A stretch of DNA of 64,000 nucleotides, from the NCBI GenBank assembly GCA_950097015.1, contig CATNEN010000001.1, forward strand, positions 25,296,001-25,360,000, read 5' to 3'. Both the position numbers and the translations under genes were made by a program. Positions 24,001 through 36,000 of this stretch are shown one piece after another. Within the stretch, counting starts at the first letter, position 1; each line of letters starts with the position of its first letter. Under the pieces are notes generated by a model. That model saw only the letters and a program-made list of their open reading frames with translations. It made no database searches and was not told the origin of the DNA. This DNA comes from Macrostomum hystrix. Its lineage: Eukaryota > Animalia > Platyhelminthes.

Positions 24001-27000
24001 AGTAAATAGGCAAGCAAGTACGTAGGTAAGCAAGTACGTAGGTAAGCAAGTACGTAGGTAAGCAAGTACGTAGGTAAGCAAGTACGTAGGTAAGCAAGTA
24101 CGTAGGTAAGCAAGTACGTAGGTAAGCAAGTATGTAGTTAAGCAAGTACGTAGGTAAGCAAGTACGTAGGTAAGCAAGTATGTAGTTAAGCAAGTACGTA
24201 GGTAAGCAAGTACGTAGGTAAGCAAGTACGTAGGTAAGCAAGTATGTAGTTAAGCAAGTACGTAGGTAAGCAAGTACGTAGGTAAGCAAGTACGTAGGTA
24301 AGCAAGTACGTAGGTAAGCAAGTACGTAGGTAAGCAAGTATGTAGGTAAGCAAGTATGTAGTTAAGCAAGTACGTAGGTAAGCAAGTACGTAGGTAAGCA
24401 GGTACGTAGGTAAGCAAGTACGTAGGTAAGCAAGTACGTTGGTAAGCAAGTACGTAGGTAAGCAAGTATGTAGTTAAGCAAGTACGTAGGTAAGCAAGTA
24501 CGTAGGTAAGCAAGTACGTAGGTAAGCAAGTACGTAGGTAAGCAAGTACGTAGGTAAGCAAGTATGTAGGTAAGCAAGTATGTAGTTAAGCAAGTACGTA
24601 GGTAAGCAAGTACGTTGGTAAGCAAGTACGTAGGTAAGCAAGTATGTAGTTAAGCAAGTACGTAGGTAAGAAAGTACGTAGGTAAGCAAGTACGTTGGTA
24701 AGCAAGTACGTAGGTAAGCAAGTACGTAGGTAAGCAAGTATGTAGGTAAGCAAGTATGTAGTTAAGCAAGTACGTAGGTAAGCAAGTTCGTAGGTAAGCA
24801 AGTACGTTGGTAAGCAAGTACGTAGGTAAGCAAGTACGTAGGTAAGCCAGTACGTAGGTAAGCAAGTACGTAGGTAAGCAAGTACGTAGGTAAGCAAGTA
24901 TGTTAGCAAGTTTGACTAAAACTAGGTATTTATGCATTTAGCCATGAGTGTCTTAAGCTACCAATAGAAATAAAAATATTATATCTGGCGCATCGATTTA
25001 AGCGTCGGGCTGGGAAGCCATTGAGATGCTTCTGCCCCTATACCCCACCCCAGTCACTTGAGATGCTAATTTCCATTGAAGCCTTGAGAATATTTTTATA
25101 ACACGCCTCATTAATGATGCATTATCTGGGGCGGCCATAATTCTCACGCTTACTATTGACTGAAGCCCTTTGTATAAACATTCTTGCTCGCTCCTGTCGT
25201 AAGCCGGCGGGAGCTACTGGAAGTGGGAGCTCGCTTCTGCGTGGGAGAATTTCAACTGGCTGCGTGAGCCGTCGCTAGCGCAGGAAGTCCGCTTGAGAAG
25301 CTTTGAAATATTGCGACCAAGGTTACAGAGGGATAACATTTCCTAAATAGGTCTGAAATTACCGCTACATGTTTTTTTTCTTGAGCAGGGCCGCTGGGAG
25401 TTGAGTTGTCTGCTAGTTCCAGCAAAGATGCCTTTTTCATTATCCGAAAATGGACAGCAGAAGAGCTAATGGAGGCCAAGCTGATTCTTCTGAGATGGCT
25501 GATCTTCTATCATGCTCTCTTTTTGAGTAGAATGATCTCTGGCAGATCAGAGTACGGCATATTAGCTGCTCAGCGCGTCTTCAATAGCATCATGTCTAGC
25601 CGGGCTAAGGTCCGACTTAGCCAAGGCCGGAAATGGCCCTCAAAGCCCTCAAACCCCTTCTCATTACTCATCGTCATCCCCTGTTTTTTCTCAATTCCCA
25701 GACGGAAATCTATTCGAAAGTGCTCCGCTCGCTGATCAGCATATCGACTCTAGTCCTGGTCGCCCTCATTCTGGGCTACCATGCCCTGGAGATTCAGGTA
25801 CGCCACATTTTGCTACCTTTGTTTAAAATTCAAAGCATCACTTTCAATAGCTTCTTACTTACTAGTTAGACAGTGTACTTTTTCAGGATCATCAGTCTTA
25901 GTACTTTTGAGCTTGTTTAACGAGCATGTTTTCCTGTCCCATCGCCAGCCATGCATGAACTGCATGTTGTTGGCCTGTCATGTTGAACCAGCCGTCTGTG
26001 ACCCATCATAACCCCCAGCCCAAGTTACATTCATTCTCAACAATCAGCATTGATGGCAGGCGGCAGGCTGACAGGACAGCTCATTGCTGAGTCATAATTT
26101 TGGCTTGCATGCCACATCCGCGCTGATCTGAATCCACCTCACGCAACTGAGAGGACTGTACGGGATCAGCATCTATGATGGTGAAGCGATAGGGGAGTTA
26201 AGGGGAGATGCATGGGATAGAGAGAGGAGGACTGGATAATTCGTCAGCAATGAATAATTCATCTGTTGTTGGGTTGCCATTTTATTAGCTGGCGGGCAGG
26301 AAGGCGATGGTGGGCCCTGCTGTGAGCTGCCGTCATTTGTACTCACACCGCGGCTAGTGAAGAGGTATGGAAGGAAGGATAATGGGACAGGGGAGAAGAG
26401 GCTTGCGAAAGAAGTGCTCCATATTTTGGCCATTTGTCGGCGCCAATTATCGAGCTGCTGCAGTCGGCAGTTCCCGGAGTTGGAAGACCCGGACAATTCA
26501 CAGAGTGCACTGTGACTATATAGCTTTGATACCATAAAGCCATCAACCAGCCCTTCGGTCTGAAAATGTCCTATCAAGCCAGTCAAAAGGCGAACTTGTT
26601 TAACAAACTAGTCGCGGACGGGGCATATGTGCAGACGGCTGGTTTCCAAAGCCCAACTGACCTTTTATCGTCCCAAACTAGAACCGAGTTTTTCCGAGCT
26701 TGCGATATATGGGCCTTCAAAGCACAAAGTAGCATTCAGAATTCGCTGTTTACGTCTTTAGACTGTTCAATTCAGTCCAGTCCTGTTATTACCTACGCGA
26801 ATATGGCTGGACATGCTATTAAAGTCTGGGCTGTTACGACAAGCTGCAGAGAATTGCAGGTGCAGTTTTATCGTCAACCTGATTCTACGCACAGTCCGTG
26901 GCAGCTGTGAAGTATCACACGCTGCTAGCTTTCACTTCAACTGGGTTCTGCTGAATGGGCTCTTCGGGGCTATAAAAAACCTGCGCATTTTCATGCGCAC

Positions 27001-30000
27001 GATGACACTCCAAGGAGAAGGCCTCTATAAGGAGAGTTAGTTTCAGTTTTGGCATGACAGACATCTGGGGGTTGTTTATGCGCTGCTGCTTACGCACTCA
27101 GCAGTGCTGCAACCGCAGTGAATAATTGAATTCAGTTCAAAATCGACGGCCATTGCATGACAACTAACAGGAACAAATAAACTTATCTACCACAGAACGA
27201 TGTTCCATATATTCGATGCTTGCAGAAATTAGCACATTGTATAGTGACACGGTCTTTGAATTAATCTATTTCCCATTGCAGCTCTTCAGCATAGACAACT
27301 GCATCGAGGACTGGCGCATTGCCATAACGACGCGTCGACTGACGCAGATGCTACTGGAGGTTGTCGTCTGCTCCATTCACCCGGTGCCCAACGACCTGAC
27401 CTTCTCCTGGACCACCTACGTGCCGCACGACAAGAAGACTCGCACGGAGAATGTACCTATCGACCTGTTCCTGTCGCTGCCAATGTTCCTGAGGCTCTAC
27501 CTCATCTTCCGGGTGATGCTGTTGCACTCGAAGCTCTTCACGGACGCCAGTTCACGGAGCATTGGCGCGCTGAACAGGATCTCATTCAACACTCGATTCG
27601 TGCTCAAGACGCTGATGACAATGTTTCCCGGGACAGTCCTGCTCGTGTTCATCTTGTCGCTGTGGATCACAGCCAGTTGGTTGATGAGAGCTTGCGAGAG
27701 GTTCGGCAATCTTTGATTGGATATATTTTTTTAAAACATGATTGTGTAAAATGGGTTACAGAACTAGCTGGGGTTGGTGTGACTGCATTTAACAGCTGGA
27801 AGCAATGCATAGTTAAGTGTCTTGCTTAAGGACACAAATTGTTCCAGTGGAGTCAGGAATCGAACCCCCGACCTTCAAGTCGTGAGTCAGATGCTCTAAT
27901 CACAAGGCTACAGCCCCCTTTGTCATTAAATAGGCTGAATATGAAGTGCTTATCATCATTTTCTCCGTTCCAGTTACCACGACGCCCTTCACGGCAACAT
28001 TCTAAACTCTATGTGGCTCATCTCCATCACCTTCCTGAGCATTGGCTATGGTGACATTGTGCCGAACACATACTGCGGGAGAGGCATTTCCATTGCAACA
28101 GGCGTGATGGTAAGTCAGTTAAAATAAATAAACAATAAAAAACTCTGATTAGGGAAATCTGCGAAGAATGTTTCGTGGCTCAAGCTGATCCTACGCGTTC
28201 GTCCACCAATGCAAAGTAAGAGCAGTGCAAAATGAGCAATAGTTTGACCACATGTCAACTGTCTAAACTAAAGGGGGTATGGCTCAGCAGATATTCTGTG
28301 CAAGCAGATTCCCCCCCAATGCCTCTCTGTTTGCAAGGCCAGATTGCATTGCACAGGCCGGCCATAGGTAGGAACATGCGCCCTCGCAGTAACACGCACT
28401 TGTCAAAGGCAATCGACAGGGGAAAAGGGGATCTAATTGGAGGGATTAGATCGATATTGGTAGACCCGCGCGGATACTGCAGTTCTCGGAAAGGGGAGAC
28501 AAATGCAGAGCGGATCTTAGGCACAGATCAGCGCCATGCACAAACAGTTGCTGGGCCACTTCAAAACTGGTCCAGGAAAATCTGCCAATTCGATCGTTTG
28601 ACTTTCATTCTCTGGATTTTCTCCAGCAGTGTACGTTCGTTAGTGGCAAACACTGTGAGGAGTTTGCTTTGCTGGGCCAATTGGCCGACAAATTGCCGCG
28701 ACTGGCAGCCGAAATCTCACTTCCCAAATACTGAGCCTCATCCCAGTTCACTGCTCGACACTTGGCTCTCATGTGTATGAGGGCTGGTCTTGTTTGTCTG
28801 GCCTATCTCCGCAGTATACCTCCCAGCAAAACTGGAGGGCGGAGGTGGGGTTGGCTGCGCGAGCTGGCAAATACTCGGCTCGCGAGGTGAGGGCAAATAA
28901 TCAGAGGGGCTTGCGGGATAAAGAACGATGGCCTTTCTGGGCTGAGGGCGCGCGTGTTCGTTGGCTTTCTCTCTCGCCTCCATCCCGCTTGTGCCTTCTT
29001 CCAATTCAGAGTCAAGGATCAGAAAAGAACTGGAGGGTAGAACAGTGGAAGCCACACCCGGAGCCGCCTCTGGTCGGGATTTAGGCCCTCAACTCTGGGG
29101 CCGATATGATAAGCCACTCAAACAACTCCCAACCACACCCCGCCTCCCGGTTAGCAGCTTGCGAAAACCCGACTCTCAGCGGGAGAGGTCACGCCCGAGT
29201 TCTCGACCAGCTCACCTCTGGAGCAGAGGTTTGCTTGCCCCCCACCCCCGACTCATCGATTTTCGGTCGAAATCTGTTCTACGCGAAAAATAGAACTGTC
29301 CGAGCATGAAATCCGATAGTGCATTTTATCCGCCGTTTCACCTCGGCGATGGAGCCTCTTAAATGCCAGACACCCCAACAAAACAGCTTTCTATCTGGCT
29401 AAATGCACTGAACTAACGCTTGCTTAACAGTCTCAAGAGGCACATTAATCCCCAGTCTCTGAAGTCCAGCCCAGCAAGCTAAAAAAGAGATCTAGGGAGA
29501 GCTTAGTCCTCCCTAGTTCAATGAGCGCAGGTTCTGGGGAAGGGAATTTTCATTTTTGCTGCTGAGCAGAAGTGAGTAGATCAGGGGATTGGTAAAAAGA
29601 GATTTTTTCACTACCCAGCCCTCAAGTGCACTTCCAGCTGCAGCTGGCTGCTCATGCATTCATGGGCGGGGTACAGTTCCCGGCAATCAAATGACAACCT
29701 GAGCTACTCAATTGGGCACTTAAGGAATCTCCGAATCGCTATAGTCTATCAAGGACAACCGCTTCGAGAAGATCTTCACAATGGGAATCATTTTGACAGG
29801 CACAATAAGGAGGCTGCAGACTATCTGTCTCGAACCACTGTTATCTCTTCAAATTCCATGGCCCAATATTTGATTTCAGCCGCTCTCCTTCATCAAAGAC
29901 TTTTGTGTTGCTCGCCGATCCCAAAAGCAGATCCTAGCACAATGGGGAAATTGCTTATTATCGCGCTTTCCATCCTAGCCAGTCTCTAATTCCAAACGCT

Positions 30001-33000
30001 GGCTTTGCTTATCATTTCGCCATCAGAATGTCAGGTATAAGCGTATTATCGATGCATTTTCTTGGCAATATCGATGAGCTCTCAGGCAGAATGACTGAGA
30101 CTATTTGGCGCGTAGAAGTGTAATTCGAATCCCATGAAGACAGACGCCGTGAATGAGGCGGAGCATCTCCAGGGATCTGTCGATCCTTACTGGCTCGATT
30201 TCATCGGACTTCGATCAGCTAAGATGAGACTGCTCAGAGAAACACATAGAATGGGCTGATCTTTTATGTTCTCAGTTGACAAGGCCACTGAGCTCATCTG
30301 GCATTCTTGCAGAATGCGAGTTTTAAATAATAGGTCCAGAAGATGCTAACGAGATGACAATGAAAGGCGAATCCGCTAATGCCGCTAATGACAGCGTCAA
30401 AGCGCTAATTAGTGAGGCTGCTGCTGCTGCTGCCTAAGATCGTTCTGCTGGTTAATTTTTTGCTTCTAAAAATAGTTTTGTCGAGTGGCGCTTAAATCAC
30501 AGCTCGTACGTGTAATCATATTTGGAGGGCTGTGGGCCCTTGGTGCGAAATGCGAACGAGTTAGACACTTATCTCCATGAGCTATCCACGATAGTGTTAC
30601 TATTATTCGATGTAGCATTGGCCTATTGTGAGACCGTGGTAAATCTTCGCGATTAGTTCCTCTTAGACTCGGAATTAATTTTTGACTCTCTGACGTGCGT
30701 CCTGCGGGAATGCATGGAATTTTCTATTTTTTAATATTTTTTTCTTAAACTCATCTATAATTGGGCGATTAATGATGTTTTGCCGCCGAACCAGTGCTGA
30801 ATTTCTCTAATTAGACTTAGAAAAACTTCGCAAAAATATTCCACTCCTGAGCTCAGAATTCTGAGCTCAGTTTTTTTTTCGAGCACCTTCTGATTGACGC
30901 TGCCACTCTGCTGAACTTTTTTACCTGTTTCAATACCGAATTCGAACTAATAATTAGCTATATAATAAATCCTTAGTACTATATGAATGATCTATGGATG
31001 ACAGACACTCTAAAACTGTAGACTTGGGTCTGTTTTCAAAGTGAGACCAATGTCTACTTAGTGCGCCTGATGTTGCAGCTCCGAGTTGCTGAATATTTAA
31101 TGGCCGAATCGTTTCTGTCGCTTCTCAATCATAAAAGCGCGGCATTCCGCTGAGGTTGCTGTCAGACGAACAAGGTGAGAGTGAAGGGTAGAGCTCACGA
31201 TGGACTCATTCTCATCATCAGCTGAGTCGATAACGTGGCCTTGCCCTTCGCATCCCCAGAGATCCATCACGCAACGAGCCTCCCTCCATCTAAGAACCAC
31301 TCGCGCCTTCGACGCATTGAAAACCAGAGGGCTCTCCTTGACCTCATATTGCTGAGCGAGCAGCGGGGCTATCGGCTTACAATGGCGTCGGGCGTTGGCA
31401 GGCGCTCTCATGCGTGCGGAATCGCTGGACACAGGGGCGGAGCTACATACTGCAGGTGCTCCGCCTCGCGTGCATTTTGCGAGGCGACGCAGAAAGAAAT
31501 GAGCAAGGAAGGGGAGGAAGAGAGGGAGGAGTGGCGCTGGGAAAAAATGGCCGGACCGCACGGGAGTATGGGGATTCTGTCGCTACAGCCCTGCTCATTA
31601 CACTGCTCAATTTCAGGGCTCGTCGTGCACCGCTCTAGTCGTGGCCGTGTTCGCCCGCAAATTGGAGCTCTCCCGAGCCGAGAAGCATGTGCACAACTTC
31701 ATGATGGACACGGCGCTAACGAAGCGGGTAAGAGAGGCCTGATGTCAGCGCCATCAATTCAGGGCTCATTTAGTTAGATCGTGTAGTTAGTCCGCCATCG
31801 CCTTGGGCCTGATGTAATGAACTTCTGACAGGAAACAGGGAGCTCGCTGCCGATTGGTCAGAGATTCGTGCTCTCTGACTGAGGGGTCGGGAGTTCGCAT
31901 CTCAGCTAGGGGAAGCAAATTTTGCTGCTTAGCAAGACCCTTAATTCGCTAGTGGTCATGAAGTCACACCGAATCTCCCATGCAGCTAAAGAACTCGGCT
32001 GCAAATGTACTACGCGAGACCTGGCTGATCTACAAGTACACCAAGCTGGTTAAGCGGGTCAACCCGTCCAAGGTGCGCACCCATCAGAGAAAGTTCCTGC
32101 ACGCCATTCACAGGTGAGAAAGTGTCTTATTGGTATTGAATTATTCTCGGATAAAATTTTGCTGAAAGTCATAGACAATGGTTCCGTTATTCTCTCGCGT
32201 TCTGCAGCCTGCGCAAGGTGAAGCGCGACCAGCGCAAACTGATGGACAACGCCAACACCTTGGTGGATCTGGCGAAGGTGAGTGTCCGTGCCGTGCTGTT
32301 CTTGTTTTGGCCGAGTTTTGCCAAACTTTTCAAAGCATCTCCTTTGTACTTACTTGCTAGTAGAACTTACAATTACAGCTTGTGCATTGTGGTGTACAAA
32401 AAAGCCGCGATTGTAGGGTTAATCACATTGATACTGAAACAATCGTGAAATATTTTCTATCACTTGACACTTTAGGTGTGAAAAAAGGAAATCGAAAATG
32501 AAATTGTAACTTTAAAATAATCTGAAAAGTAACTGGACAGACAGAAAACCGAAATCTATACTCGCGTTTTCAGTAAAACAAACAACTTTAGGTACCTTCA
32601 GCATTCCATTGTCAGCTGTTCCGCCTCCGTCAGTTTCCGTACTTTTTTCTTTCAAAACAGTCACTTTAATGAGTCTATGAGTCAGTCGAGTGCAAAGGCT
32701 CCATTTTTTTCTACAATAATTTTGCCAGTATTAAGTAACCTGCGCTGCTTTTTTCAGACAAGTCATTCAGTTATTTTTTTATTAGAATTCTACGTACGAC
32801 CTGGCATACTTGTGCTTCTCTGTGCTAAAACAATCGCCTGTGATTGTACTTACTTCGGTGCACTGACACGGAAGTGCACTTTCTACTTTGTACTTTAAGC
32901 TTTCTTTGCACTGCTTTTATCTGTTTCTTTTGCAATCAGATTATGAACTTGAGGTAAAAATATTTGAAAATGCGAATGAAAATGAGAATGCTTTGAAAAC

Positions 33001-36000
33001 TGAATTCTCGTAGTTGGATTAAAAAACATTTGTGAATAACAAATTGACAGCTTTTCACCAGGGAGTTGTTGACCAGCTCCTGTACTTTCTAAGATTCCTC
33101 TTTCATTGCCACACAATTATCATGTTCCTCTCAGCACCAGCGAAAATTAAATTAAATGTGAATATGTTTAAGAGATTTTCAGGGCATGTGCATGAGGGAC
33201 TAAACTCAAAATAGGTTGTCAGCGCTATTGATAAGACATACGGTGATTTCTTTTGTTTAATAAGCTCACCTGATTTTGTATTTTTAATAATTCTTCTCCT
33301 CGCATTTTCTCTTCCGCCTCTAGACCAATCATGATGCTTTAATTAAGCAGCCAAGGGCGTACATTTCCAAGCCACTGGCAGTGTACAGTCAGGTAGCCAC
33401 CTCGATCTGAACTCCCAATATACAGATTGAAACCGTCGCAAAACTCTCACCTGTTCTCTCACCTCAACTCATTAATCTGATTTTCACATGTACAAGTGTG
33501 ACAGTCATGTCCACAATTATTTTTCGCTCGGCACAGTGAAAGTAACAAGCGTGTCGCATTTGTCCCAGTGTGTTCGCTTACTGAATTAGTCCTAAGCCTT
33601 ATACTTTATGACAGCACAGTTACGCTATTGAATTTTTATTAAAAAAATTGATGTCATTAGTACTCACCCATAGTTATTCAATACTGTACTTTCCGTTAAA
33701 ATTTTCGGTTTAGCCTAACAACGAAGTCTGTTTAGTCTGAGCATGTAGCAGTGGCTCCAGTTACCGGGAGTATGAACTCAAACTAGCTAGCTATGATGCT
33801 GGGCACTCATTTGCGCACTTGGGTAGACACTATAGGGTATTCCAGTGAGAACAGTGAGAGCAGTGGGAGCAGTGAGAATAGTGAGAACAGTGATAACAGT
33901 TAAAACAGTGAGAGCAGTGAGAACAGTGAGAACAGTGAGAGCAGTGAGAAAATAGAGAACAGTGAGAACAGTGAGAACATGGACAACAGTGAGAACAGTG
34001 AGAGTAGTGAGAAAATAGAGAACAGTGAGAACAGTGAGAACATGGACAACAGTGAGAACAGTGAGAGCAGTGAGAAAATAGAGAACAGTGAGAACAGTGA
34101 GAACATGGAGAACATGGACAACAGTGAGAACAGTGAGAGTAGTGAGAGCAGTGAGAACAGTTAAAACAGTGAGAGCAGTGAGAACAGTGGGAACATGGAG
34201 AACATGGAGAACAGTAGAACAGTGAGAGCATGGAGAACAGTGAGAACAGTGAGAACAGTGAGAACAGTGAGAACATGGAGAACAGTGAGAACAGTGAGAG
34301 CAGTGGGAGCAGTGAGAATAGTGAGAGCAGTGAGAGCAGTGAGAACAGTGAGAACAGTGAGAACAGTGAGAACAGTGAGAACAGTGAGAGCAGTGGGAGC
34401 AGTGAGAATAGTGAGAGCAGTGAGAGCAGTGAGAACAGTGAGAACAGTGAGAACAGTGAGAGCAGTGAGAGCAGTGAGAACAGTGAGAACAGTGAGAACA
34501 GTGAGAACAGTGAGAGCAGTGAGAGCAGTGAGAACAGTGAGAACAGTGAGAACAGTGAGAACAGTGAGAGCAGTGAGAGCAGTGAGAGCAGTGAGAGCAG
34601 TGAGAACAGTGAGAACAGTGAGAACAGTGAGAACAGTGAGAACAGTGAGAACAGTGAGAACAGTGAGAACAGTGAGAGCAGTGAGAGCAGTGAGAACAGT
34701 GAGAACAGTGAGAACAGTGAGAACAGTGAGAACAGTGAGAACAGTGAGAACAGTGAGAACAGTGAGAACAGTGAGAACAGTGAGAGCAGTGAGAGCAGTG
34801 AGAACAGTGAGAACAGTAAGAACAGTGAGAGCAGTGAGAGCAGTGAGAGCAGTGAGAACAGTGAGAACAGTGAGAACATAACTGTGATGGTAGAACACTG
34901 AGGCACTCTCAGGGTAGAACACTGAGGCACTGTGAGGGTAGAACACTGAGGCACTGTGAGGGTAGAACACTGAGGCACTGTGAGGGTAGAACACTGAGGC
35001 ACTGTCAGGGTAGAACACTGAGGCACTGTGAGGGTAGAACACTGAGGCACTGTGAGGGTAGAACACTGAGGCTCTGTGAGGGTAGAACACTGAGGCTCTG
35101 TGAGGGTAGAACACTGAGGCACTGTCAAGGGTAGAACACTGAGGCTCTGTCAGGGTAGAACACTGAGGCACTGTGAGGGTAGAACACTGAGGCTCTGTCA
35201 GGGTAGAACACTGAGGCACTGTCAGGGTAGAACACTGAGGCACTGTCAGGGTAGAACACTGAGGCTCTGTCAGGGTAGAACACTGAGGCACTGTCAAGGG
35301 TAGAACACTGAGGCTCTGTGAGGGTAGAACACTGAGGCACTGTGAGGGTAGAACACTGAGGCTCTGTCAGGGTAGAACACTGAGGCACTGTCAAGGGTAG
35401 AACACTGAGGCTCTGTGAGGGTAGAACACTGAGGCACTGTGAGGGTAGAACACTGAGGCACTGTCAAGGGTAGAACACTGAGGCTCTGTGAGGGTAGAAC
35501 ACTGAGGCACTGTCAAGGGTAGAACACTGAGGCTCTGTCAGGGTAGAACACTGAGGCACTGTCAAGGGTAGAACACTGAGGCACTCAGGGTAGAACACTG
35601 AGGCACTGTGAGGGTAGAACACTGAGGCTCTGTCAGGGTAGAACACTGAGGCACTGTGAGGGTAGAACACTGAGGCACTGTCAAGGGTAGAACACTGAGG
35701 CTCTGTGAGGGTAGAACACTGAGGCTCTGTCAGGGTAGAACACTGAGGCTCTGTCAGGGTAGAACACTGAGGCTCTGTCAGGGTAGAACACTGAGGCTCT
35801 GTCAGGGTAGAACAAGCTTATTGCAACTCATATGCTCTTCGCAATTTCTGTATATTTTCTTTCCACTCTCTGGCTATAGCCCAAATACTTACTACACAGC
35901 TGCACTATGTTAATTTATTTTTGCTTATTTGTATCTGTCTGTGTACTCGCTATTATCTAGCAATATAATTGACTAGCCTTGGCAATCAATGCGACACAGT

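Noticed and set aside
28232-31561. Nested gene in SK intron 4 (several 100-180 aa ORFs)
   Set aside because: No recognisable domains or consistent splice chain, and the overlapping ORFs on both strands are typical of GC-rich non-coding DNA.
31560-31616. [15 protein letters not shown] upstream of SK exon 5, resembling an alternative pore exon
   Set aside because: It is in a different frame from exon 5, lacks GYG, and has no suitable donor; probably chance.
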